A DNA stretch of 64,000 nucleotides from Centroscyllium fabricii (Eukaryota): positions 389,360,001 to 389,424,000 of the forward strand of contig JBNRSN020000001.1 in the NCBI GenBank assembly GCA_051313645.2. The letters are read 5' to 3'. A program made the translations under genes and the position numbers. This document shows, in pieces, positions 1 to 13,715 of the stretch. How positions within the stretch are numbered: the first letter of the stretch is position 1; each line of letters begins with the position of its first letter. The notes beneath the pieces were generated by a model. The model searched no databases and was not told where the DNA came from. It saw only the letters and a program-made list of their open reading frames with translations.

Positions 1-730
1 CTTTTGCACCGCACCCAAAATTGGCCAAGCGAACGCTGCCGGTGCTGTTAGCGCCTGCTGCTGGGCACACGTGAATCAGTGCAGATATCCTGGTGCAACG
101 CCCGCCCCCAGGGCTGCACCTGAAATTGATGAGCAGCCACCTAACTGACGCGCAGCACTGCCCACGCCAGCTTTCACAAACGCAGCTGAGGCGATGTGGG
201 GCTGCTGGGGCGTTCTTTAAAGGGAGACACTTCCTCCCTTTCGTGCAGTGGCCATTTTGTGGGAGATCGGAGACAGACAGAGGGAGGTTAGGAGAGATAC
301 AAAGAGAGACAGCGGGAGGTGAGGGGAGATCAGAGACAGAGAGAGGGAGGTTAGGAGAGATACAGAGAGAGACAGAGGGAGGTGAGGGGAGATCGGAGAC
401 ATACAGAAGGAGGTTAGCAGAGATACAGAGAGAGATAGAGGCAGCTTAGGAGACATCATATATTGTTTCCCCTCTCCCTTTAAGAGCTGACCAGTGCCGG
501 CATTGCTGGGAAGGCCAGGAGTGGCAGATGGAGTGCTGTGCCCGTGCTCGCCACTTAGCGCCTGAATATTGGCCGTTTGCACCCGTGCAATGCTTGATTT
601 AGCGCTGCAATCTGCAAGGCCGGCGCTAAAGCGAATATCGGGAGATCCGGCACTACTTTGCGCCCGGCGCTAATTTTAGTGCTGCGCCAAGGTTAGCGGC
701 CCAAAACGTGCGCTGAACAATTTAGCCCCC
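1..730. mobile_element. Right part of a GC-rich MITE-like non-autonomous DNA element (probably PIF/Harbinger-type)
   Basis: Recurrent TTAGCGCC/GGCGCTAA motifs; ends in AATTTAGCCCCC, resembling the GGGG..AATTT termini of the other Harbinger-like elements here; left end outside window. Confidence 0.5.
261..445 (+). repeat. AG-rich minisatellite, ~3 x 63 bp
   Basis: GGGAGATC(G/A)GAGACA...GGAGGTGAG recurs at 261, 324 and 387. Confidence 0.85.
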
Positions 731-906
731 ATTGAGTATATTCAAGGTTGAGAGAGATAGAGTTTTGGACTCTAAGGGAATCAAGGGATGTGGAGAGCAA
801 GCTAGAACGTGGAATTGAGGTAGATCAGCCAGGATCTTATTGAATGGCGGAGCAGGCCCGTGGGGCCATATGGCCTATTTCTGCTCCTAATTCTTATGTT
901 CTTCTG
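731..906 (+). mobile_element. CR1 LINE 3' end fragment
   Basis: GATCAGCC..GATCTTATTGAATGGCGGAGCAGG...CTGCTCCTAATTCTTATGTTCTT tail shared with the other CR1 copies in the window. Confidence 0.85.
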
Positions 907-1294
907 TGAACTTGGAGGATCTGCAACTTGATGGCCAGAGTGGCAGCTCATGGCTCCTGCTGCTCTGATCCCAGAGAACTATGGAGGAGCTGACAGCCTG
1001 CATTTGTACAGTGCTGCAGGACTGCCTGACCAAGCTGCAGACCACCATACAGTAGCCATTCAATGTGACCATTCCTGGACCTTCTGCAGGAGGACCCCAC
1101 TAGGCTTAGCCACAGATTCTGTTGTGTTCGTCGATCTTTTTTAACCCTCCTTTCCAAGGTTATTTTGGCTCTCATATCTTAGAACACTCTTGTGGGTGCG
1201 GCATAACTCTTCATAACTTTGACAATGTTTATCCTTGCCTTGAGATCCAGATTATCTTTTGGTATTGAGCTCTAGAAAATATATCTTTTCTCCC

Positions 1295-1650
1295 TGATAG
1301 GAGATACAATAGAAGTATTCAAAATGCTGAAAAGTTTGGACAAATTGCCTCCAAATAACCTTTTCTGCCATGTGCAGAAATTGAGCACAAAGGATCATAT
1401 TTACAAATTAATGACAACAAAAAGGAAATAGGAAATGCAGGACGGACTTTTTTACTAAATGTGTGGTGAGTATGTTGGACAGATTACAGACATGAGTGGT
1501 AAAACAAGAAACCTTAACGGGCTTCAAGAAGGAACTGGACAGGTTCTTGTCAACAAATAACATTCAGGGTTATTAGAAATGCACCACAGGGATACTGTGA
1601 GTAGGTGGGCTAGATGGACCAATGGTCTTCTCCTGCCTGAAACTGTTACT
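1295..1650 (+). mobile_element. Old degenerate CR1 3' fragment
   Basis: Remnant GDTIEVFKMLKSLD and FKKELDRFL coding, followed by GGGCTAGATGGACCAATGGTCTT tail. Confidence 0.65.
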
Positions 1651-4404
1651 CTTTGGGAGATTTTAACTCCCGATGGGAGTCGTCATTGGAGGCCCAGCAG
1701 ATTTTAACTACTGACCCTCATTTGAATGCTGCTAGTCAGCTGCTCGAAGTGAAATCGAAGAGAAGGCTGCCGGCAGCAAGGTATGTCCTGGAGGGGGTTG
1801 TTGCGAGGGTCTTGCAGTTGTGGAGGGGGAGAATCCGGGGCAGCAGAGGCCCAAATTTTCCTTAATGCTACTACACCTGGCCCCACTACCCCACTACAGA
1901 ATGTTTTTTAAACTTAACTTAAGGTGGAGCCAGAAGGAGCAGAAGTGTCCTTCCTGGCTCCACTGCAACAGGGCTGTGCTTGGCCCCCTCCTATTTGCCA
2001 CCACACCTCACAGCACCTACCAGAGAGATACTGCCACTCCAAAAGCTCCCGAAAAGGTCGAAACCAAGATCGCTCCCCTTATTTTTTAGTATTGTTCTGT
2101 TCTTAATTGGGGGATTTTTGTACCATTGAAGAATATATTTTTGAGTGGAGGAATGTTCCCAAAACAATTGAGAATCTCTCCGATATTTATGAGCCCAACT
2201 GTCAATTTATTGTTTTTGTCAGAGTTAATTTACACCAAAAAAAATCCCCAACATAAAATATTGCAAAATTCAGAAATGCAGGAGTTAGCAGGTAAAACTT
2301 AAGAGGCTGCTTATTAGTGAATCTTCTGTGGCATTGCTCACAGGATGACGATGAGACCAGGAAACTCATGGACCATGGAAAAGGCAAGTCTGAGTGAAGG
2401 GTGCAGGTTCAGTTGAGACTTAGGATGAGGCTGGGTCCTGGTTGAATAGTGGGGTATGTACATACATGCCCTCTATCCACTTTTTATGTAGAGTCAACTA
2501 TATCAATCTAAGTTATTGTTTGGAACTAGCATCTGTTTCACTCACATTCAGACCTTAAAATTAGCGCTGGGCTCACCTTGGCTCAGTTCTTAATGCGTGC
2601 AAACGACGTCTGGTAATTCCTGTACTCAGCAGGAAGACAGGAAGAGTAACAGCTTATAATGGAGGAGGGATGCAACACAACTTCAAACTAGGAGGCCCAG
2701 GTCAATTTTAAAATGAGATAAGATGAGATGAATGGTATTGCCATCCATTTTAACCCGAAGTAAGCATAATAAGTAAGTCAATGCAGAATTGATATGTGCT
2801 TTTGTGTTGATGATGTAAACAGCATGCACCAGTTGGTAGCCAAAAACAAACTAGTAAACTAACATTCCTGCCTTTCATCAGCAAAAGCCTTCACAGTTAA
2901 ATCCCAAATAGGGGCCATATAATAATGAATGTAATTACTATCAGGACGGGCCTGTGAGATTTCAATGTGCAAGATTTATTTAGTTGAGGGATGTGGGGAC
3001 CTGCTTTCCCTCCATCCCTTATAAGGTTTGACACTTAATTGGCGCATTTTCCAACATTTTGCAGTCCACTCATTGACAAAGTGAGAAATGTGTAATAAGC
3101 CTTTAGAAAAACAGCAATAAGAAACAAGACAGTACTAACCCCAGGCACCAGAAGAGATGCAATTTTTTTAACGCTCTTGTGCCGTGCCGTGGGACATTTT
3201 ACTACATTAAAGGTACTATATAAATACAAGTTGTTGTTGTCAATTGTATCAATACAATGCATACATTCGTACCTGCAGTACAAGGTAAATAATATATTGT
3301 GAAGAAATTGAAATGATTGAAACAACTAAATATAATTATGTAGCAAAATCCTAGATGGTTTATCACTTTCAGCCTGTTTTGCTATATGGTTTATTGCACA
3401 TTCTGTAATAAGAACAGAAAAAAAAAATCATGTTAGAATTCTTGGGATTTCTTGCATAGAACGAACATGCAGGATGTGATAACCTGTTGGGATTTACACA
3501 ACGTGAGCTTCTTTTAAAGCTGCAGTTACCATGGGGATTACTTTTAACATAAAATTAGTAAATTTTCAAATTAGCCCACCTGATACACAGCTAGCAACAA
3601 AACAATTCTCCTGCGCAATACATTTTACACAACTAATTTCATTTGTTTAAATTTGTGAGCACACACCTCTAAACATCAGCACCTGAGGACAGGAAGAGGT
3701 GTGGTTAGGCCATACTGTAGCAACTGACACTAATAACTGTGTTCAATTATCAATTTATTGATAATTCACACTCAATTCATTCAGATGAATACAAGAAGAA
3801 ATAAATGTATGCGCGGTATTCATCGCGGAACTGAAATTCCCGAAGGCCCACTCTGCCAGAGGATGTGCTGCAGAGCAGAACTCCCGGCTGCCCATGGAGC
3901 TTGCCAAAGATTCCATCCCAAATTGCAGGGCTAGGATGGTTGGGGTGGGCTGCCGGTGCATGTCAGGGTGCCGGTGCACCGGGTGTAAGGGCACGTCAAT
4001 CAGCAGTGCCTGCTCCAACAGAGTTCTGTAAGTTAAAGTAGTGTCACATCGCTGTGATGCAGCACAGGAGGCTTGGACAAGGCCTCCCCAGACACAGAGT
4101 GGATTGCCTCTACAACTCTCAAACGAGCTGTCGGGACATCCCTGGATGGTAATTGATGCCCTCTAGGATCGCTCGTCAGCTCTCACCTGCTTTAGAAAGC
4201 CAATAATAGAACCTATGCCAGCAGTCAGCAGATATAGGTTCTGTTGGGCCTATCAGGAGGCAGGCTGAGTGGAATCAAAACAAATCAGGACATCCTGGGT
4301 CAGTGATTCTTTGTGCAGTTGATCAGGCCGGTGAGTAGGTGTGGGACAAATGCTCCTTTGTAGTCCTTTTGATGGACAACTCTGATCAGGGGTTTCTAAT
4401 TACA

Positions 4405-5370
4405 TGGTTATACTGGGCTACAATTTTCAGCTGCTTCATCAATGATCTACCCTCCATCATAAGGTCAGAAGTGGGGATGTTCGCTGATGATTGCACAGTG
4501 TTCAGTTCCATTCGCAACTCCCCAAATAATGAAGCAGTCCATGCCCGCATGCAGTAGGACCTGGATGACATTCAGGCTTGGGCTGATAAGTGGCAAGTAA
4601 CATTCGCACCACAGTAGTGCCAGGCAATGACTATCTCCAACAAGAGAGAGCCTAACCACTGCCCCTTGACATTCAACAGCATCACCATCGCCAAATCCCC
4701 CACCATCAACATCCTGGGGGTCACCACTGACAAGTAACCTAACTGGACCAGCTACATAAATACTGTGGCTACAAGAGCAGGTCAGAGGCTGGGTATTCTG
4801 TGGCAGGTGTCTCACCTCCTGACTCCCCAAAGTCTTTCCACCATCTACAAGGCACAAATCAGGAGTGTGATGGAATATTCTCCACTTGCCTGGATGAGTG
4901 CAGCTCCAACAACACTCAAGAAGCTTGACACCATTCAGGACAAAGCAGCCCACTTGATTGGCACTCCATCCACCACCTTAAACATTCACTCCCTCCACCA
5001 CAGGCGTACCGTGGCAGCAGTGTGTACCATCTACAAGATGCACTGCAGCAACTCGTCAAGGTTCCTTCAACACACCTCCCAAACCTACGAACTCTACCAC
5101 CTAGAAGGACTAGGGCAGCAGGCGCATGGGAACACCAACGCCTCCAAGTTCCCCTCCAAGTCACACACCATCCTGACTTGGAAGTATATCGCCGATCCTT
5201 CATCGTTGCTGGGTCAATATCCTGAAACTCCATCCTTAACAGCACTGTGGGAGTACCTTCACCACACGGACTGCAGAGGTTCAAGAAGGCGGCTCACCAT
5301 CACCAATTAGGGATGGGCAATAAATGCTGGCCTTGCTAGTGACACTCACATCTTTTGAATGAATAAAAAA
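4405..5370 (+). mobile_element. 5'-truncated CR1/L2-group LINE: RT C-terminus and 3' tail, with stops
   Basis: FSCFINDLP..MFADDC RT motif; in-frame TAG stops; ORF 4765..5310; tail TAGGGATGGGCAATAAATGCTGGCC...AATAAAAAA. Confidence 0.9.
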
Positions 5371-5533
5371 TAACTGGCTCATCAGTCTGTATCCAGCAAA
5401 GAAAATGAGTTCATTTCACCCCATTGCCTACAGTTCATCATGTAAGAAGTGAACATTCATTTTCAATGTATATTGAAAGGTAGTTCCAGGGAAGCAGCTT
5501 TATTATTTAAGGATAGTATAGTTTGTAATTATT

Positions 5534-6324
5534 GGCCCAGAAATTCGGCTCTGAACACGTGAGTACGGACGGGGTACTCACGCGGAGGCCATTTGAAAGT
5601 GCCGGTTTCCTGCATGCACTGCGCATGCGTGGGAAACCGGCATTTCCGTTTCCCCAACTAAGGAGTTTTCGAGGTGAAGCACGTGCGTGGGAGCAACAGC
5701 GCGTGCGCATTGCACTTAGGCTTTTTTTCAGGTTTTTCTGTCTGGGTAAGTGAGAAAAAGTTAGACACGAAAAAAGCAGCCGTAAGGCCTGCTTTTACAA
5801 GATACAAGATCCTTTATTTGCCATATGTAACAAGTAACAAGGTAAGTGCTGAATTAATTCAAATTAAAATATTTTTTCCACAGGTTTATTATTTTTAAAT
5901 ACTTTAAAGAAAGGTAAGTTTATTTTTAGCCCCATTAGGAAAAATAATTAATTAAAAAAAAAAATTAAATTATTGTTTAAAATAATTATTTCGTGCAATT
6001 TACAGTTATTTTAAAAATGTGATTTTTAAAAATTTGTTTGAAGTTTCAATGATGTTTTGGGGCTTGTAGTTTTCAGAGTTTTGACAGCTCTTCCTGTCAA
6101 ACTTATGAATGGAGCATTCTCTGCTCCGATTGGCTCTCCATGGCCCACGTGATCCCAGAGGACGCATCGCACTAACTGCGCCGCTGGGATACGCGAGCAC
6201 AGCAGTTGGAGGAGGCCCTGGATCGGAATTCCACGTGGGCCCACAGCTCAACGGCCGACGCGCAAGGTAAGTGCAGGTTGGAGGCTTGCACCCGCGGGAA
6301 GCCTCCGACCTGAATTTCTGGGCC
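5534..6324. mobile_element. MITE with 13-bp terminal inverted repeats
   Basis: GGCCCAGAAATTC at 5534 and its perfect reverse complement GAATTTCTGGGCC at 6312-6324; AT-rich core, no coding potential. Confidence 0.75.
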
Positions 6325-7807
6325 ACTGTAACATATAAAAATGTCCACTGGTTTATACCCTTGCTGTGTGGCCTGGAAATTCCACGGGCCCATCTCTGCT
6401 GATGCAAGTGTGGCAGAACAGAACCACCCACTGCCACCAACCCCCACCGCACCCCCCGCCAACCCCCCCACACCCATCCTTGCCCCAAGCCAGAGACCCC
6501 ATTCTAAATCCCAGGGACGGGCAATTTGCCTAACTGGGGTGGGCTGCCAGCACCTGCAAGGGCACATCAGTGGTACCCACCATGGCTCGAGCTGATCCGC
6601 CTTCTGTTTTGGTGAAGCACAAAGTCTCCCTGAGGCTCAAATGGGCTCAGGAAAAGTTTTGCTTGCTAAAAGTTTTCAGCTCCTGCAGGAGCCACTCTGA
6701 TTAGAGAAGATATTTACCTGACATCTACAGCAATGGACAACTCATTGACATACATGAGTAAAATCCCCTGTAGCACTCTGAAAAGAACCTTTAAGCAAGA
6801 ATGTTCAATGCTGCGGTTACCTTTGTAGGGACTTTAAATGCAGTCCTAGTGGTGAAAGTGAGTTGCAGGTTTGACTAAAGCACAAGACGTCTCATCTGAA
6901 GCCATCCTAAAGCAGACCTCTCGAGCGACATCCTGGAAGGAGCACCGGGATCTGTCGTCTTGCTGCTGGGTAGCGTTAATTAGGTTTCATCCTCTCTTCG
7001 TGATGTAGATATCATACTCGTAAACCCATTTACAGCAGCTTAAAGTCTGCTGTAAATGCAAAATGTTGTACTTTTTCCTGATAAAGGAGTGAAAAGGAGC
7101 AACAGCCAGCAAGAAGCCAGGGCATTCGGAAGATAACCTATTCTGGAAAAACCAACTACATTTATCTTCCAATCTAAGGAAGGCTGCTTGTTTCTTCCTC
7201 TCTCATAGTCACTCTGAAGAAAACTGCAGTTTGAACCAGAAACATTTAAAAGATATTCCATGTCTTTCTGCAGCAGAAATTGAGAATTTGAAGCTTGCTG
7301 TCTGTGTACTTGCACTGCTGGCCTCCACCCTCCAGCCTTCCTTCCTGTCAATTATAAAGTCTGGAACAAGGGCTAAAAGGGCAGAAGTCAGTACTACAGG
7401 TATAAAGGCATAAACTGCACAATCCCTACTGGAAAATATCTTGAAAAGCAGTTGTGATTCAAACCCAGGGTATTTTTGTCTTGTATCCGAGTTGCTTTAA
7501 GAAAGCTCGAAACATAGCTCAACAGGAGAGCATAGTATTAGTGAATGAAGCAGATAAGGGTACAATAAAAGATATACTGGCTGAAGTTTTCTGGTTATTT
7601 TGGCTAAAATATTGCCCCTTGCAGTGCAAAAGTAGCAAGAGTGTGAAATAATGTCCAAAAGTAATCCGAACATGCTCTTGGTCACTTCTGTAATCCCTGG
7701 GGCAATATTTTAGCATGAAAGTCCTCCAAACCTATCAGCCATTGTACATTATTTTATAGCTCTGGCTAAGTTCTAAGCAAGAGCACATACCTAAGTTAGA
7801 GGTTAGA

Positions 7808-9320
7808 GCAAAGGCTATGGGCCCTGACAACATTCCGGCAATAGTACTGAAGACTTGTGCTCCAGAACTAGCTGCACCCCTAGCCAAGCTGTTCCAGTAC
7901 AGCTACAACACTGGCATCTACCCAGCAATGTGGAAAATTGCCCAAGTATGTCCTGTCTACAAAAAGCAGGACAAATCCAACCCGGCCAATTACCGTCCCA
8001 TCAGTCTACTCTCAATCATCAGCAAAGTGATGGAAGGTGTCGTCGACAGTGCTATCAAGCAGCACATACTCAGCAATAACCTACTAACTGATGCCCAGTT
8101 TGGGTTCCGCCAGGGCCACTCAGCTCCTGACCTCATTACAGCCTTGGTCCAAACATGGACAAAAGAGCTGAACTCAAGAGGTGAGGTGAGAGTGACTGCC
8201 CTTGACATCAAGGCAGCATTTGATCGAGTGTGGCATCAAGGAGCCCTGGCAAAGCTGAAGTCAATGAGAATCAAGGGGAAAACTCTCCATTGGCTGGAAT
8301 CATACCTAGCACAAAGGAAGTTGGCTGTGGTTGTCGGAGGTCATTCATCTCAACCATAGGACATCACTGCAGGAGTTCCTCAGGGCAGTGTCCTAGGCCC
8401 AACCATCTTCAGCTGTTTCATCAATGACCTTCCCTCCATCGTAAGGTCAGAAGTGGGGATGTTCGCTGATGATTGCACACTGTTCAGCACCATTCGAGAC
8501 TCGTCAGATACTGACACAGTCCGTGTCCATATGCAGCAAGACCTGGACAACATTCAGACTTTGGCTGACAAGTGGCAAGTAACATTCGCACCACACAAGT
8601 GCCAGGCAATGACCATCTCCAAAAAGCGAGACTCTAACCATCTCCCCTTGACATTCAATGGCATTATCATCGCTGAATCCCCCACTATCAACATCCTGGG
8701 GGTTACCATTGATCGGAAACTGAACTGGACCAGCCATATAAATACTGTGGCTACAAGAGCAGGCCAGAGGCTGGGAATTCTGCGGCGAGTGTCTCACCTC
8801 CTGAATCCCCAAAGCCTTTCCACCATCTACAAGGCACAAGTCAGGAGTGTGATGGAATACTTTCCACTTGCCTGGATGAGTGCAGCTCCAACAACACTCA
8901 AGAAGCTCGACACCATTCAAGATAAAGCAGGCCGCTTGATTGGCACTCCATCCACCACCTTCAACATTCACTTCCTCCACCACCGGCGCACTGAGGCTGC
9001 AGTGTGTACCATCTACAAGATGCACTGCAGCAACTCGCCAAAGCGCCTTCAACAGCACCTTCCAAACCCGCGACCTCTACCACTTAGAAGGACAAGGGCA
9101 GCAGATGCATGGGAACAGCACCACCTACAAGTTCCCCTCCAAGCCACACACCATTCTGGCTTGGACCTGTATCGCCGCTCCTTCACTGTCGCTGGGCCAA
9201 AATCCTGGAACTCCCTTCTTCACAACATTGTGGGTGTACCTACACCATAGGGATGGGCACTAAATGCAGGCCTAGCCAGACAGCGACGCCCACATCCCAT
9301 CAATGGATTAAAAAAAAAAT
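7808..9320 (+). mobile_element. 5'-truncated LINE, same family as 4405-5370; RT pseudo-ORF
   Basis: ORFs 7817..8359 and 8453..9250 are one frame split by TAG at 8357; motifs GPDNIP, NYRPISLL, QFGFR, DIKAAFDRV, GVPQGSVLGP, FADD; A-rich tail. Confidence 0.93.
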
Positions 9321-9324
9321 CTTT

Positions 9325-10031
9325 TTAATTAGCGCCCTGAAAAAGTTAGTGCCATGCCGCCGTAAGTTGGGTTTTAGCAAGCCAAGTAGGAGGTGAGGCG
9401 CTACTGCAGGCATCCCACCTCATTCCTTGGGCACAACAACTGAAGTTCAGGCCATTGTGTGTCACTGCGCCACGCTCTGCAGCACGCCACGCCGCGGTAC
9501 TGCAGGCCTCCCTCCCCTTCTTAAAGAGGAGTGGCCTAGCGTGGCGTGGCCCGGAGTCCCGCTGGACTGCCGGGGATCGGAGTGCCACCAAAGGAGCCCG
9601 GCACTCGAGGGAAGTGCCGGGCTCACGGAGCACAGCCAGCACTCCGCGGGGGGCATCGGGGAAGGCTGGGGACAGCAGAGGGGGCAGGTGTTGGCAGGCG
9701 GCCAGCAAGAAAAATGACCGCCCGCCACCCTCCCCTTTAAATAGCGCAGGCCCGGCTGCAACTGCGTCCCCCTGACCCTGTCGGTGACAGTGTCCGGCGC
9801 TAAGTCAGGGGGCGTGACTGAAGTTTGAGGCTGGGGCGCGAGCGAGACGCTGCGCATGGCGATTTTGTCATTGCCGGCGGCACTGCGCCACGGGGTGCTA
9901 CCGGCTGCTGCCGCTGCCAGCGCCCCGCTGAATATCACGGGAGGCACCAGCCCAGGGACTAGGTGTCTTGCTCCCCATTAGCAGCCCTCTTAGGGTGCTT
10001 ACGGCTGGCGCAAGCCACCCAATCTTTCCCC
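9325..10031. mobile_element. Partial GC-rich MITE-like element related to 1-730
   Basis: TTAGCGCC/GGCGCTAA motifs, CCCTTTAAA motif, terminus AATCTTTCCCCC. Confidence 0.45.
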
Positions 10032-10044
10032 CTTAGTGTCCATC

Positions 10045-10318
10045 TCGAGTTCCCCAAGTGGTTTGATACAACCGAGAAGTCACTTCATAGAGCAGTTAAG
10101 AGTCAGTCACATTGCTGTGGGACTGGAGTCACATATAGGCCAGAACGGGTAAGGATTCCTTCCCTAAAGGGCATTAATGAAGCAGTTGGGCTTTTACGAC
10201 AATCCAATCGCTTTATGGTCATTTTTACCAGGTTTTCCTCATTTTCTGATTTTTTAAAAACTGAATTCAAGTTCTCAACTTTGAACTTACTAATTCTGTA
10301 ACATAACCACTACAGTAC
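10045..10318 (-). mobile_element. Partial tRNA-derived SINE (family of 17465-17940)
   Basis: AGTTAAGAGTCA..CACATTGCTGTGGG..TGGAGTCACAT..AGGCCAGA..CCTTCCCTAAAGG core matches the 17.5-kb copy. Confidence 0.75.
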
Positions 10319-11512
10319 TAGTAATCATGCTTTCTTCTTTATTGCCATAGGAACCAACAACAAGAATTTCTCCAGGAAAACTGTCACAAAAAATATTTTT
10401 GCACCGATGTAAGAAGTAAGAGGAATATGACGTACAACTAGAAGCATGTGTAGCACATGAACAGGCAGACAAAACTGGCATTATTAAAATGGTTGAAACA
10501 ATAAGTTGGACAAAGGGTATTTTGGGGGGGACAACATAGAATATTCACAAAAGATGAACTTGGAAAAATGGGGTGGTCAGTTATTGCTGGTCAGGGTTGG
10601 GATATTAGTCAACAAACTTATTACATTTTTCTTAGGGACAGATTTGCGGAATAAATTTGGATGGAGTTCAAGGACAGTGGAAAAAAAAAATCAGCAACAA
10701 GCAATTGGCACAGTTCAGCGAATCAAAGTGATCAGACCGGCGTGGAATTGTTTAGGCAAATATAAGAGGCTGCCAGAAATCACAGGGTTGTAATCATGGG
10801 CGATTTCAATTACCCAGCAATTAAGTGGACAGAACCAGGGATACCTCAAGGGAAGGAAGAAAGTGGAAGCAAATTCATTGCGGTAATTAGAAACTGCTTC
10901 TTGTCACAACATGTGAATCGGAGCACCAGAGCTGATGTTATATTAGATTTAATGTTCATGTGCGAAAATTATACAGCACAAAGAAATGATCATAATGCAA
11001 TTAGATGTGAGACGTTGAGAGAAAGTGCAACAAAATATCAAGATAAGGTAGACCAGACTTAAAAAAATGAATTTTGTACATTGATAGGACAACAATCAAT
11101 TGGATAACTTCATTGAATGGTAAAATATAGAAAAGCTTTTTTTCTTAAAAAGGATGATGGAAGACTTGAAGCTGAAATACAATTTCATGTGAAACAATGT
11201 TTAAAGCAAGGCCTAAATGGTTGAACAGTAGCATCAAAAGGAGTGGATTGGTGAAAGAGAGAAAGAATTTAAAAAATGTAAGGAATTAAGCAATATTGAA
11301 AGGTCAGCATAAGAGGTTGCAGAGTATTATAAAAAATAAAAATTGCGCATGAATGGTACAAATGAAAAGAAACTGATTGCCAGAGACATCAATGTAACTA
11401 AAAATATATTTCCAGTTTATTGGAAATTAAAGAATATTTTGGTCTTGGATGATAAAGGTAGACTTATTATTGTGTGCTCGCAAACAGTGATGCCATTACA
11501 TTATTGGAAATA

Positions 11513-12018
11513 TAGGTAGAGCACCGTTAATCCGGCATGGCCCGTGCCGGGAAAGTGAAAATTCCAAACGATTGAAGCTTCGGCGAGCGCATGCGTGGAC
11601 CATTCAAAATGGCCGCCGCGAAAGGCCGGCGGCCATTTTGAGTGGTCTACTCATGCGCTTATCGTTCGGTAAGGCCAGGCTCGGTAATGCCCGGCCCAGC
11701 TCGGGGAACCCCGGCGAGGCTTGGCCCGGCTCGGGAAGGCTCGGTAAGGCTCGGCCCGGCTCGGGAAGGCAAGGCGAGGCCCGATTCGGGAAGGCCCGGC
11801 TTGGGAAGCCCCGGCTCAGGAAGGCTCGGCCCGGCTCGGTAAGGCCCGGCCCGGGATCTTTCGGCAGCGCATGCGCAGATCATTAAAAACTTTGGCGGCC
11901 ATTGTGAAGCATCAATCACGGTGGCCAATTTGCGCATGCGCAGGGCAGTCGGGGCAATTTGTTCCGGAAGAGTGAAGCTGCCGGCTTATCGGGTAACGGA
12001 TTAACGGTGCACAACCTG
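11513..12018. mobile_element. Tc1/mariner-pogo (Tigger-like) MITE, copy 1
   Basis: TA flanks; TIRs TAGGTAGAGCACCGTTAATCCG / CGGATTAACGGTGCACAACCTG; internal AAGGCTCGGCCCGGCTCGG repeats at 11670-11855. Confidence 0.85.
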
Positions 12019-12371
12019 TATTTCTAATGACAGAGGACTGTGTTAGGAATTTAGATGCTCTGAATAAGATGGTGGAGATATGAGTGGAAATGCAATCAGT
12101 GGAGACATCAGTAAAGAAAAAATCTGTGGAACTGAAGGCACAGGACCTAATGCAATAAACTGGAGAAAAGATTCAAGGCTTTCATATATATTTTCCTTTA
12201 GCTCTTTACAAACAGGAGATATGTCTGAGAACTGGAAGCTGGTGAATGTCATTCTGAATTGTAGAACCAGAGGCATGAATGAACCTTTAACTGTAGGCCA
12301 GTAGGGGTCAATATCTGGGGGGAAAGACATTCAATACAATAGATAGGATGTAATAAATGATCATGTATTGA

Positions 12372-12842
12372 AAAGAAAGAAAGACTTGCATTTACATAGC
12401 ACCTTTCACGACCACCGGACGTCTCAAAGTGCTTTACAACCAATTAAGTAGTATTTTTGAAGTGTAGTCACTGTTGTAACGTGGGAAACGCAGCAGCCAA
12501 TTTGCACACAGCAAGCTCCCACAAACAGCAATGTGATAATGATCGGATGATCTGTTTTGTTATGTTGATTGAGGGATAAATATCGTCCAGAACACCGGGG
12601 ATAACTCCCCTACTCTTCTTCGAAATAGTGCCACGGAATCTTTTACATCCACCTGAGAGAGCAGACGGGGACTCGGTTTAACGTCTCATCCGATACACGG
12701 CACCTCCAACAGTGCAGCGCTCCCTCAGCACTACACTGGAGTGTCAGCCTAACTTTATGTGCTCAAGTCCCTGGAGTGGGACTTGATACCCACAACCTTC
12801 TGACTCAGAGGTGAGTGTGCTACCAACTGAGCCACAGCTGAC
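12372..12842 (-). mobile_element. SacSINE1-like DeuSINE: tRNA head, Deu domain, L2-like tail
   Basis: Minus strand starts GTCAGCTGTGGCTCAGTTGGTAGCAC (A box), continues with Deu-type CTGAGGGAGCGCTGCACTGTTGGAGGTGCC, ends AAAGGTGCTATGTAAATGCAAGTCTTTCTTTC. Confidence 0.88.
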
Positions 12843-13421
12843 AACACAGAAAATACAGGGGCATATAAATTCATCGGTACCTGGTTTTGGGCACAATAGC
12901 AGAGCTGCAGCAGCAACATGCGCCTACAGCGGGAGGCCCAAGGTTGACCCGACATTCGACCTTGGGCCTCATTAATATTAATTAGCGGGCTGCTGATGCC
13001 TGCCACATCTCCACAGACTTATTTCAGGCATCCTTAGGGAGAGGGATATGAACCTCTTTGCCCTCATATTACACCCAAGAAATGGGGGTCCAAATTTGCT
13101 CCCCCCCCATTTGTTTAATTTCAGATGTTTTAGGTATCTTAAATTACTTTTATTTTATGCATTCCTGGGATGTGGGCAGCGCTGGCGAGGCCAGCATTTG
13201 TTGCCCATCCCTAATTTAATGTCATCTTCTGCATAAATGGTAAAAGAAATCTGTAACTTAGAACGTTCCTGAAAACTGAAAACAGCAGCTAAGCATGTCC
13301 CTAATGCAAACAATTTTCTGCAGTGATCAAGTTCAGTCGAGTGAAATGATTTGAAATTCAGAATTTTATGACTCAGGTCATGTCATTATTGATCTGTTTA
13401 ATTGCTGCAGATTGGGTGAAG

Positions 13422-13715
13422 CCATTCAGGATAAGGGGTCGCCCATTTAAGATGGAGATGAGGAGGAATTTCTTCTCTCAGAGGATCGTGAATCTTTGGA
13501 ATTCTCTACCCCAGAGTGCTATGACGGCAGAGTCATTGAATATATTCAAGTCGGAGATAGACAGATTTTTGAACTATTGGGGAGTCAAGGGTTATGGGGA
13601 ACAGGCAGGAAAGGAGCTGAGGTCAATGATCAGCCATGATCTTGTTGAATGGCGGAGCAGGCTCGGGGGGCCGATTGGCCTACTCCTGCTCCTATTTCTT
13701 ATGTTCGTATGTTCT
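13422..13715 (+). mobile_element. CR1 3' end fragment
   Basis: RIRGRPFKMEMRRNFFSQRIVNLWNSLP C-terminus and CTCCTGCTCCTATTTCTTATGTTC tail. Confidence 0.9.

Noticed and set aside
93-582. ORFs 93..449 and 217..582
   Set aside because: Produced by the AG-rich 63-bp repeat inside a MITE
6718-6778. Possible ~60-nt minus-strand host exon (TTTTCAG...CAG|GTAAAT)
   Set aside because: Plausible splice signals but no recognisable protein and no neighbouring exons; needs RNA-seq
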